DNA of 58,676 nt from Mycobacteriales bacterium (GCA_038236005.1 JBBSTI010000002.1:1-58676); one strand, 5' to 3'; numbered from the stretch's first letter, positions 27,166-35,211 are shown. Made by a program: numbers and translations. Notes: a model not told the origin generated them from the sequence alone.

Positions 27166-29726
27166 CGCAGCCCGTCCCACAGTCGCGTGGCGAGCAGTCC
27201 TGCGGCGACGGAGGCGACCAGCACGAGCAGCCGAGGGTCGCCGACGGTCAGGTCCAGAACCTGCCACTGCACCAGGTAGATGAACAGCGAGGCGCTGGCG
27301 ACAGCGCCGAGCGCCGTGCGCAGCAGCGGGAGCCGCCGGGGGAACGGGACCGTCGGGCGCCACACCAGGAGCAGCACGCCGAGCAGGACGACCGCGTCGT
27401 GGCTGGGCCGGCTGAAGAACCCTGGCACCGAGAGGACGGCCACGGCGGTGATCACCATCCGGTGCCGACGTCGGGTCGCCCGGGCGGCGGACCACCCCAG
27501 CACGAACAACCAGAGCACGGCGACGGAGGACTGGGTCTGCGCCGGGCCAGGACCGAGGTCGACGACCCCGATCCGGGGGAGCAGGCCGAGCCCGAGAAGC
27601 AGGACCGGCAGCGCGAACGGGTGCCGCCGCTCGAACCGGTCCACCTGCGGGATCGCCATCAGCACGCTCATGACGATCAGCAGCTGGATCAGGGCTTCGA
27701 GGAACCAGTAGCGCCAGGCGGGGCCGAGGACGTCCGGGCCCAGCCAGGCGTTGAGCTGCAGCACCTGGACGATCCCGACGCCGGGCGTGACGATCGAGGC
27801 GGCGGCGACGATCAGGACCACCGGCGTCACCAGCCGCGTGATCGACCGGGACGTGCCCGAGAGCCGCTCCCGGCGGGACAGGGCGTTGGGCCGGAACCGG
27901 GCGAAGTTGTAGCCCGCCACCGCCAGCAGGGTGTGCGCCCCGCCGAGCAGCGGCGACAGCTTTGCGTGCGACGCGACGACGAGCAGGATGCCGACCGCGC
28001 GGAGCACCACGGTGGTGTCGACCGGCACGTATCGAGACCGAGCCGATGAGCGTCCCGCCTCGCCGGTGGGACCTGCTGCCGTGCCGTCTGAGGCAAGCAG
28101 CGCCTGCAGGCCGCTGACGCTGCGGGTCGGCCAGTCGTCCGGGACGGTCGGCAGCAGGTCCGACAGCCGCAGGCTCACCTCGACGTAGGACAGCGAGTCG
28201 CCCCCGAGCCCGACGAACGTGTCGGTGGGTCCCGCCGGCCTGCCCAGGACGGCGGCATACAGCCCGCGCACCTCGTTGCCGGGCCTCTGGTGCGAGGGGC
28301 CTGCTGTCTCGTCCAGGGTCGCCCGGGCCATGCGGTCGGCGTCGCGCGCGTCGATCTTCCCGTTCACGGTCCGGGGCAGTGCCTCGACCCTCACGGCTCG
28401 CACGGCGTGCACGGGCAGCCCGCTGGCCTGACAGATCGCCTGTCGGGTGGTTCCGACGTCCTGCTCAGCCACCGCCACGAGCCGGCCGTCCAGCAGCCCG
28501 CACCAGGCGGTGATGCCGCGTTCCCGCACCCGGGACGTCACCTCGTCGAGATCGATGCGCAGCCCGAACAGCTTGACCTGACGGCCGGTTCGTCCGACCA
28601 GCTCGAGCATCCCGTCGGGTCGGAGCCGGCCCCGGTCGCCGGTCCTCAGCTCGTGCACCGTCCTGCCGCGCGCCAGGTCGTGCGGGCCGTCCGCGTAGCC
28701 CATCATCACGTTCGGCCCGCGGTAGACCAGCTCCCCGTCCTCGGCCAGCGTCAGCTCGCCGCCGGGCACCGCCACGCCGAGCGCACCGGTGTGGCGAAGC
28801 GCCAGGTGTGGTGGCAGATACGCCATCCGGGCGGTCGCCTCGGTCTGCCCGTACATCACGAACAGCTGCCGACCCTGGTTCGCGCACGCCTGCGCATAAC
28901 GGTGGGCCTGCTCGTCGGGCATCGCGCCGCCGGCCTGCAGGAGCCGCTTCAACGACGGCAGCGCAGACAGCCGACCGTGCAGGAGATCGGTGCGATCGAG
29001 CAGGTCGAAGGTGTAGGGGACCCCGGCGACCGAGCTGACCCGGTGCTCGTGCACGAGGTCCCAGAAGCACCGGTCCACGACCGACAGCTCGGTCAGCACC
29101 AGGCCCGCTCCGGCCATCAGGTGCGAGTGCAGCACGGACAGGCCGAAGCAGTAGGCCATCGGCAGGGTCGTGATGCCGACGTCGTCCCGGCCCAGCTCGA
29201 GGTAGGAGGCGATCGAGCCGGCGTTGGCCAGGACCGCCTCGTACGACAGGCGCACCAGGCGCGGGGAACCGGTCGACCCGGACGTCGTGAGCAGCAGGAC
29301 CAGGTCGGGGTGCAGGTCGTGCACCGTGCCGGCGCGACGCTCGGTCGTCCTCGCCACGCGAAGATCGTCCGGGTCGGTCTGCAGGACCACGTCGGGGTCG
29401 TAGCGGTCGATCCACCGCTGGACGTGCTGCCCGGACGGGACCAGCAGCACGACGTGCCCGGCGCAGATCGCCCCGAGGTAGGCGGCGATCAGCGACACGT
29501 CGTGCGACCCGACGACCAGGACCAGCCGACGGCCGCGGCCCGGCCCGCGATCGTTGTCAAGCCGGGCCGCCGCATCGTCGACACGTCGCGCCAGCTCGCC
29601 GTAGGACACGGTGACGTCACCCTGCACGAGGGCGGTGCGCGAGCCGTGCGCGGCGAGTCGGCGCGTGAGGTCGCTCACCTGGCGGAGCGGGGCGGGGCTT
29701 TCGAGTTGAACCGGCACGCGAAGCAC
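26865..29726 (-). CDS. Fusion of an adenylation domain, a peptidyl carrier domain and a membrane acyltransferase-3 (AT3) domain
   Basis: Adenylation-domain motifs TSGSTGSPR, MYGQTEAT, LRTGDRG, GRQVKLFGLRIDLDEV and NGKIDA. PCP motif GLGGDSLSY (Ser511). AT3-like TM1 motif DTTVVLRAVGILLVVASH followed by about 8 TM helices. The last about 99 aa are antisense to yihY and look like unconstrained read-through. Confidence 0.8.
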   Translation of the reverse strand: MLRVPVQLESPAPLRQVSDLTRRLAAHGSRTALVQGDVTVSYGELARRVDDAAARLDNDRGPGRGRRLVLVVGSHDVSLIAAYLGAICAGHVVLLVPSGQHVQRWIDRYDPDVVLQTDPDDLRVARTTERRAGTVHDLHPDLVLLLTTSGSTGSPRLVRLSYEAVLANAGSIASYLELGRDDVGITTLPMAYCFGLSVLHSHLMAGAGLVLTELSVVDRCFWDLVHEHRVSSVAGVPYTFDLLDRTDLLHGRLSALPSLKRLLQAGGAMPDEQAHRYAQACANQGRQLFVMYGQTEATARMAYLPPHLALRHTGALGVAVPGGELTLAEDGELVYRGPNVMMGYADGPHDLARGRTVHELRTGDRGRLRPDGMLELVGRTGRQVKLFGLRIDLDEVTSRVRERGITAWCGLLDGRLVAVAEQDVGTTRQAICQASGLPVHAVRAVRVEALPRTVNGKIDARDADRMARATLDETAGPSHQRPGNEVRGLYAAVLGRPAGPTDTFVGLGGDSLSYVEVSLRLSDLLPTVPDDWPTRSVSGLQALLASDGTAAGPTGEAGRSSARSRYVPVDTTVVLRAVGILLVVASHAKLSPLLGGAHTLLAVAGYNFARFRPNALSRRERLSGTSRSITRLVTPVVLIVAAASIVTPGVGIVQVLQLNAWLGPDVLGPAWRYWFLEALIQLLIVMSVLMAIPQVDRFERRHPFALPVLLLGLGLLPRIGVVDLGPGPAQTQSSVAVLWLFVLGWSAARATRRRHRMVITAVAVLSVPGFFSRPSHDAVVLLGVLLLVWRPTVPFPRRLPLLRTALGAVASASLFIYLVQWQVLDLTVGDPRLLVLVASVAAGLLATRLWDGLRQALRTRVARTTAPRGCPPRASSRRVVTYPTSMSTCRSSSQPMLTAAAASGTEPPNAASSGTRIDRNSTHPSMNPAISEPVPYAPQRTARVPGRSGANAR

Positions 29727-29751
29727 CCTAACTTAGGGAAGCCTCACTTGA
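29726..29751. promoter_or_regulatory. Palindrome CCCTAAcTTAGGG plus a degenerate iron-box-like 19-mer in the 50-bp divergent region
   Basis: The palindrome spans 29726-29738. TTAGGGAAGCCTCACTTGA (29733-29751) matches 13/19 of the IdeR consensus and 13/19 of the box at 3762. Confidence 0.35.
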
Positions 29752-29776
29752 CCCCTCCCTCGGAACGAGGATCGCC

Positions 29777-30781
29777 GTGCCCCGCCGCACCACACCGCTC
29801 GTGCTGCTCGCCCTGACCCTTGCCCTCACGCTCACCGGCTGCGGCAGCAAGGACGACTCTCTGGTGGTCTACAACGCCCAGAACGGTCGCCTGATGGGCA
29901 CCCTGGTCGACGCCTTCACCCAGCAGACCGGCATCAAGGTCCAGATGCGCAACGGTGGCGACACCGAGCTGGGCAACCAGCTCGTCACCGAGGGCGGCAA
30001 GTCGCCGGCTGACGTGTTCACCACCGAGAACTCGACCGCGATGGCCATGGTCGACCGCGCAGGCCTGTTCACCCCGTTGGAGCCTGCCGCGCTCGAGGGG
30101 GTCGCGCCGCAGAACATCGCGGACGACAAGGGCTGGGTAGGCGTGGCCGCCCGCTCCACGGTCCTGGTCTACAACACCGATCTGGTGAAGGAGAGCGACC
30201 TGCCGGCCTCCATGCTCGACCTGGAGCAGCCGGAGTACAAGGGCAGGTTCGGCTATGCCCCGTCCGGCGCCGACTTCCAGGCGATCGCCTCCGCCGTCTA
30301 TGCCGCCAAGGGCGACGAGGCCGGGCAGGCATTCGTCGACGGGTTGGCCGCGAACGGCAAGGAGTACGCGAACAACATCGCGATCCTCAAGGCGGTCAAC
30401 TCTGGCGAGATCCCGACCGGGATCATCTACCACTACTACTGGTTCCAGGACCAGGCCGACACCGGTGCCGACAGCGACAAGGCTGCGCTGCACTACTTCG
30501 GCAACCAGGACCCCGGTGCCTACCTGTCCGTCGCCGGCGCGGGCGTCCTGGCCTCCAGCCAGAAGCAGGCCGACGCCCAGAAGTTCGTGGCCTTCCTGAC
30601 CAGCCGTAAGGGTCAGGAGGTGCTGGCTCAGAGCAACGACTTCCAGTACGCGATCAACAACGGCGTGTCCTCCAACCCGGTGCTCAAGCCGTTGGCCGAG
30701 CTTGACCCCCCGGTCGTCCCGCTGGGGCGGCTCGACGGTCCGAAGCTGCTGGACGCTTTCCGCGCGGCCGGGATCCTGTGA
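29777..30781 (+). CDS. Fe(3+) ABC transporter substrate-binding lipoprotein (FbpA/AfuA type)
   Basis: Lipobox LTLTGC and a family-1 SBP sequence typical of ferric-binding proteins. Confidence 0.85.
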   Translation: MPRRTTPLVLLALTLALTLTGCGSKDDSLVVYNAQNGRLMGTLVDAFTQQTGIKVQMRNGGDTELGNQLVTEGGKSPADVFTTENSTAMAMVDRAGLFTPLEPAALEGVAPQNIADDKGWVGVAARSTVLVYNTDLVKESDLPASMLDLEQPEYKGRFGYAPSGADFQAIASAVYAAKGDEAGQAFVDGLAANGKEYANNIAILKAVNSGEIPTGIIYHYYWFQDQADTGADSDKAALHYFGNQDPGAYLSVAGAGVLASSQKQADAQKFVAFLTSRKGQEVLAQSNDFQYAINNGVSSNPVLKPLAELDPPVVPLGRLDGPKLLDAFRAAGIL

Positions 30782-30916
30782 CCCGACCTCCGGCCGGGCT
30801 GTGACGTGGCCCGACCTCCGGCGGGCTGTGACGTGGCCCGACCTCCGACCGGGCTGTGACGTGGCCCGACCTCCGGCCGGGCTGTGACGTGGCCCGACCT
30901 CCGGCCGGGCTGTGAC
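30776..30916 (+). repeat. Tandem array of a 28-bp hairpin-forming unit (about 5 copies) between the SBP and permease genes
   Basis: Units ctgtgacgtggcccgacctccggccggg start at 30776 (23 nt, contains the SBP stop), 30799 (27 nt), 30826, 30854 and 30882 (28 nt each). A partial unit starts at 30910. There are no spacers. Confidence 0.95.
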
Positions 30917-30976
30917 AAGGCGGCCGGACCGCCTGAACCCGCCAGAACGTCTGACCCGAAAGAGCGGCTGCCACGC

Positions 30977-32533
30977 ATGAGCGTCACGTCCCGGCGGGCT
31001 GAGGGGACCCCTCGGCTGCTGCTGGTGAGCGCTGCGCTGGTCGCCGCCTTCTGCGTGCTGCCCCTGGTCTACATCGCGCTGGACACCTTCAGCCTGGGCT
31101 GGAGCGCCGCGTACGACCTGATCGTGCGGCCCAAGGTCGGGCAGCTGCTCACGACCACGGTCGCGCTGACCGTCCTCGGCGTGCTGACCAGTGCCATGCT
31201 CGGCACGGCGCTGGCCTTCCTGGTCGCGCGCACCACGCTGCCGGGTCGACCGGTCTGGAACGTGCTGCTGGCCGCCCCGCTGGCGGTCCCAGCCTTCGTC
31301 ACCAGCTATGGCTGGGTGTCCCTCACGCCCGAGGTCGCCAGCTTTCCGGGGGCGCTGCTGGTCCTGACCCTCGCCTACTACCCGCTGGTCTACCTGCCGG
31401 TGCTCGCGACGCTGTCCGGGCTCGACCCGGCGCTGGAGGAGACGGCCCAGGCGCTCGGGCTGAGCCCGGTGCGGATCTTCCTGCGGGTGGTCCTGCCGCA
31501 GCTGCGTCCGGCCCTGCTCGGCGGCGGCCTGCTCGTCGGCCTTCACCTGCTCTCGGAGTACGGCGCGCTGCAGCTGCTCCGGGTGGAGACCTTCACCGTC
31601 GCGATCTTCGACTCCTACCAGTCCTCCTTCGACGGGCCCTCGTCCAGCACGCTGGCGGCCGTGCTGCTCGTGCTCTGCGCGGTGCTGCTCACCGTGGAGC
31701 TGCGCGCCCGCGGGCTCCGGCGATATGCCCGGGTCGGCTCCGGCGCCGCCAGGGAGCAGCAGCGGCAGCTGCTCGGGCGGGGGCTGGTCCCGAGCCTGCT
31801 GAGCGTCGGCGCGGTCGTCGTGCTCGCGCTGGGCGTGCCCGCCTACAGCCTCGGCCGGTGGCTCGTCCTGGGCGGCAGCACACGCTTCCCGGCGGCCGAC
31901 CTGCTCGGGACGACCGTGACCTCGCTGGGCCTCGGGGCGCTCGCGGCTCTCGCCACGACGCTCTGCGCGCTACCGGTGGCCCTGCTCTCGGTCCGCTACC
32001 GGAGCCCGCTGACCAGTGCCCTGGAGCGCACCAGCTATCTGTCCAACGCGCTCCCGGGCATCGTCGTGGCGCTGGCCCTGGTCTCGGTCTCGCTGCGCTT
32101 CCTCTCACCGACCTACCAGACCACCGGCCTGCTGGTCTCGGCGTACGTCCTGCTGTTCCTGCCCCGTTCGGTCATCAGCCTGCGGGCGGCACTCGCGCAG
32201 GCGCCGGTCGAGCTGGACGACGTCGCCCACGGGCTCGGGCTCGGGACGCTCGCCACGCTGCGCCGCGTCACGCTGCCCCTGATCGCCCGGGGGATGGGGG
32301 TCGGTGCCGCGCTGGTGTTCCTCGGCACGGTCACCGAGCTCACCGCCACGCTGCTGCTCGCCCCGCTCGGCACCGCGACGCTCGCGACCGAGTTCTGGGC
32401 GCAGAGCAGCCAGGTGCAGTACGGCGCGGCGGCTCCGTACGCTGTGCTCATGGTCCTCGTGTCTGTACCGGCGACCCTGCTGCTCAGCCGGTCCCCGTCG
32501 CGTCGCGCCCAGAGCGCGGCCCTGCTGCGGTGA
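30977..32533 (+). CDS. Iron ABC transporter permease (two fused permease halves, FbpB type)
   Basis: 518 aa with about 12 TM helices and two EAA-like loops. ATG at 30977 was chosen over the GTG at 30884, which lies inside the repeat. Confidence 0.85.
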   Translation: MSVTSRRAEGTPRLLLVSAALVAAFCVLPLVYIALDTFSLGWSAAYDLIVRPKVGQLLTTTVALTVLGVLTSAMLGTALAFLVARTTLPGRPVWNVLLAAPLAVPAFVTSYGWVSLTPEVASFPGALLVLTLAYYPLVYLPVLATLSGLDPALEETAQALGLSPVRIFLRVVLPQLRPALLGGGLLVGLHLLSEYGALQLLRVETFTVAIFDSYQSSFDGPSSSTLAAVLLVLCAVLLTVELRARGLRRYARVGSGAAREQQRQLLGRGLVPSLLSVGAVVVLALGVPAYSLGRWLVLGGSTRFPAADLLGTTVTSLGLGALAALATTLCALPVALLSVRYRSPLTSALERTSYLSNALPGIVVALALVSVSLRFLSPTYQTTGLLVSAYVLLFLPRSVISLRAALAQAPVELDDVAHGLGLGTLATLRRVTLPLIARGMGVGAALVFLGTVTELTATLLLAPLGTATLATEFWAQSSQVQYGAAAPYAVLMVLVSVPATLLLSRSPSRRAQSAALLR

Positions 32534-33642
32534 CCGGCGCCCTGGCCCTCGTGCTGAGCGCGGTCGACAAGAGCTTCGGCAGCACGCAGGTGCTGCGCGG
32601 CGTCGACCTCGAGGTGCCGGTCGGCAGCCTCACCGCTGTGCTCGGCCCGTCGGGCTGCGGCAAGACGACCCTGCTGCGGCTGGTGGCCGGTTTCGCGGAC
32701 CCGGACGCCGGCACGATCTCGATCGGTGGCCGGACGGTGGTCAGCGCCGGCTCCGACGTGTCCCCTCGACGCCGGGGCGTCGACAGCGTGCCTGGCCGAC
32801 ACAGGGGCGTCGACAGCGTGCCTGCCCGACGCCGGGGCGTCGGGTATGTCCCGCAGGAGGGGGCGCTGTTCCCCCACCTGTCCGTCGCCGACAACATCAT
32901 GTTCGGCCTGCCGAAGGCCGACCGACGCGGACCACGACTGGTCACGCTGCTGGACCTGGTCGGACTGCCAGCGGTGGCGGCGGAGCGCTACCCGCACGAG
33001 CTGTCCGGCGGTCAGCAGCAGCGGGCCGCCCTCGCCCGGGCGCTCGCACCGCAACCGGCCGTGGTCCTGCTCGACGAGCCGTTCTCCGCGCTGGACGCCG
33101 GGCTGCGCGAGGAGACCGGTCGTGCGGTCGCGGGCGTCCTGCGGGCCAGCGGGGCGACCGCTGTGCTGGTCACCCATGACCAGGGTCAGGCGCTGTCGCT
33201 CGCCGACCGGGTCGCGGTGCTCCGGGACGGTGTGCTGGTCCAGGTGGATCATCCGGACGTGCTCTACCGACGGCCGGCCGATCCCGGGGTCGCCGCCTTC
33301 GTCGGGGGCGCGGTGCTGCTCCCCGCCCGGGTCAGCGGGCTGGTGGCCACCTGCGTGCTCGGTGACGTCGCGCTGGTCGAGGCGGCGCCCGAGGGGGAGT
33401 CGCTGCTCCTCGTGCGTCCGGAGCAGCTCGTCCTCGGTGCGGTCGGCGCGCCGGCGCAGGTGCTCGAGGTCTCCTACTTCGGGCACGACGCGTCGGTGCG
33501 GCTCCGGCTGCGGCCCGACGGGCCCGAGGTGCTCGCGCGGGTGTCCGGGCTGACCCTGCCGCGGGTCGGCGACCAGGTGCACGTGTGCGTGCGCGGACCC
33601 GCCCCGGTGTTCCCCCTGCCGCAGCAGGAGGTCCCGGCGTGA
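32530..33642 (+). CDS. Iron ABC transporter ATP-binding protein (FbpC type) carrying an in-frame tandem repeat
   Basis: Walker A GPSGCGKTT, signature LSGGQQQR and Walker B LLDEPFSALD. Its GTG overlaps the permease stop (GTGA). Confidence 0.9.
   Translation: MTGALALVLSAVDKSFGSTQVLRGVDLEVPVGSLTAVLGPSGCGKTTLLRLVAGFADPDAGTISIGGRTVVSAGSDVSPRRRGVDSVPGRHRGVDSVPARRRGVGYVPQEGALFPHLSVADNIMFGLPKADRRGPRLVTLLDLVGLPAVAAERYPHELSGGQQQRAALARALAPQPAVVLLDEPFSALDAGLREETGRAVAGVLRASGATAVLVTHDQGQALSLADRVAVLRDGVLVQVDHPDVLYRRPADPGVAAFVGGAVLLPARVSGLVATCVLGDVALVEAAPEGESLLLVRPEQLVLGAVGAPAQVLEVSYFGHDASVRLRLRPDGPEVLARVSGLTLPRVGDQVHVCVRGPAPVFPLPQQEVPA
32767..32843 (+). repeat. 30-bp tandem repeat (2 full copies plus a 17-nt partial copy) inside fbpC
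   Basis: cgacgccggggcgtcgacagcgtgcctggc at 32767-32796, a second copy at 32797-32826 with 4 mismatches, and a third partial copy from 32827. It encodes RRRGVDSVPG/RHRGVDSVPA/RRRGVGYVPQE. Confidence 0.95.
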
Positions 33643-33821
33643 CCCACCTGCAACCCAACAGCAAGGGCGCCCTCGTCGGGCTCGCGGTCGTGCTGGTCTT
33701 CCACCTGGCCCTGGTTCTCACCGGGCAGGGCGGGTTCAGCACGCCGGTGCTGGCGGGCATCGCGTTCGCTGCGGCCTGCCTGATCGTGTGGAGCGAGTAC
33801 CAGGCCGGTCGCCGGGGGTAG
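33639..33821 (+). CDS. Small two-helix membrane protein (60 aa), translationally coupled to fbpC
   Basis: Its GTG overlaps the fbpC stop (GTGA). The sequence has two hydrophobic segments. No family recognised. Confidence 0.4.
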   Translation: MTHLQPNSKGALVGLAVVLVFHLALVLTGQGGFSTPVLAGIAFAAACLIVWSEYQAGRRG

Positions 33822-33852
33822 TCGCAGCTGCTCGGCGGGGTAGGAGCCGGTC

Positions 33853-34305
33853 ATGCCGAAGACCGCCACCACGACCAGCGTCAGCCGCGAGGACCTGGTC
33901 ACCTTCCTCGCACCACGTCACCACGTCGTCCTGGTGACCGACCGGGCGGACGGGCGCCGGCAGATGTCACCGGTGACGGCGGGCGTCGACGACGACGGGC
34001 GCGTCGTGATCAGCAGCTATCCGTCCCGTGCCAAGGTCGTCAACGCACGGCGCTGCCGGGACGTCTCCCTGCTGGTGCTCTCCGACAACTGGGACGATGC
34101 CTGGGTCCAGGTCGAGGGCACCTGCGAGGTGCTGGACCTGCCGGACGCGCTCGACCCGCTGGTCGACTACTACCGCGCGATCTCCGGCGAGCACCCCGAC
34201 TGGGACGACTACCGCGCGGCGATGACCCGCCAGGGCAAGGTCCTGCTCCGGGTCACACCGGTCTCCTGGGGCCCGGTCGCCACCGGCGGCTTCCCGCCCG
34301 CGTGA
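33853..34305 (+). CDS. PPOX-class F420-dependent oxidoreductase (pyridoxamine 5'-phosphate oxidase-like)
   Basis: 150 aa with a typical split-barrel family pattern (HHVVLVT..DGR..SPV). RBS GGTAGGAG is present. Confidence 0.65.
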   Translation: MPKTATTTSVSREDLVTFLAPRHHVVLVTDRADGRRQMSPVTAGVDDDGRVVISSYPSRAKVVNARRCRDVSLLVLSDNWDDAWVQVEGTCEVLDLPDALDPLVDYYRAISGEHPDWDDYRAAMTRQGKVLLRVTPVSWGPVATGGFPPA

Positions 34306-34634
34306 GCCTGGCCGAGGACGGCGTCCGGTGCGACCACCCGCACGTCGACGCCACGGACTGGGTCGCACGGCGTCGGGCCCGGCTGCTGGCACGGGGCGCC
34401 GGGCAGGTGCTCGCGGTGAGCAGCGGCTGCGCCGTTTCCGGTGCCGGTCGGCACGCCACCCAGCTCGCCGAGGACGCCGCTCGGGCGCTGGCCCGGCTCG
34501 ACGAGGGGCTCGCGACCCGCTGCGAGGTGTGCTTCGAGGTGCTGAGCCTGGAGCGGCTGGACGCCGCGCCCGCCGCCGTCCGGTGCACCCGGTGCGCGCG
34601 CCCCTACGTCGTCGACACCCGCTGGTGCCGCTGA
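34302..34634 (+). CDS. TraR/DksA-type C4 zinc-finger protein
   Basis: CEVC-x17-CTRC finger near the C-terminus. Its GTG overlaps the preceding stop. Confidence 0.5.
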   Translation: MSLAEDGVRCDHPHVDATDWVARRRARLLARGAGQVLAVSSGCAVSGAGRHATQLAEDAARALARLDEGLATRCEVCFEVLSLERLDAAPAAVRCTRCARPYVVDTRWCR

Positions 34635-34650
34635 GCGACTGGCGTAGGCG

Positions 34651-35211
34651 CTAGAGGGACAGGGCTGCTCGGCGTTCCGCCTGGACCTCGGCGCGGACCG
34701 GGCAGCCGACCAGGTGGTCACCCACCAGGCCGCAGGCCTGCAGCATCGAGTAGGCGGTCACCGGACCGACGAAGGTGAACCCGGTCCGCTTCAGCTGCTT
34801 GGCCAGGGCTGCCGAGGCGGGGGTGCTCGCCGGCAGGTCCGCGAAGCGGTCCTTCGCGGGCTCGTCGGTCGCGAACGCCCGTACGAGGTCCGGCAGCGCG
34901 CCACGCAGCGCGAGCGTCGCACGGGCGTTGGTGACGCAGGCCGTCAGCTTGGCGTGGGAGCGGATCAGCCGGGCGTCGGCCATCAGCGGCTCGACGTCGA
35001 GCCCGGTGACCGCGACCGGGTCGAAACCGGCGAACACCTCACGCAGGGCATCGCGCTTGCGCAGCACGGTGATCCAGGCAAGGCCGGCCTGAAAGCCCTC
35101 CAGGCAGATCTTCTCGTACAGCTGACGCTCGGACAGCTGCGGTCGACCCCATTCGGTGTCGTGGTAGGTCTCGTAGAGCGGGTCGCCGTCGCCGAAGCAC
35201 CGCCCGGTCAC
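34651..35211 (-). CDS. tag: DNA-3-methyladenine glycosylase I
   Basis: YHDTEWGRP and EGFQAGLAW motifs. Confidence 0.9.
   Translation of the reverse strand: MTGRCFGDGDPLYETYHDTEWGRPQLSERQLYEKICLEGFQAGLAWITVLRKRDALREVFAGFDPVAVTGLDVEPLMADARLIRSHAKLTACVTNARATLALRGALPDLVRAFATDEPAKDRFADLPASTPASAALAKQLKRTGFTFVGPVTAYSMLQACGLVGDHLVGCPVRAEVQAERRAALSL

Noticed and set aside
30776-30916. The 28-bp repeat array considered as a CRISPR array
   Set aside because: The units abut directly with no unique spacers, and no cas genes are nearby. It is a tandem repeat, not a CRISPR.
30884-30976. GTG at 30884, inside the last repeat unit, as the permease start (ORF-track start)
   Set aside because: The 31 extra codons are repeat-derived plus spacer sequence. 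The hydrophobic permease N-terminus begins right after the ATG at 30977. An alternative extended isoform cannot be excluded.
28290-31546. ORFs 28290-29816 (+) and 29744-31546 (-), antisense to the A-PCP-AT3 gene and the iron ABC genes
   Set aside because: These are shadow ORFs with low-complexity translations. The second one merely reads through the 28-bp repeat array.
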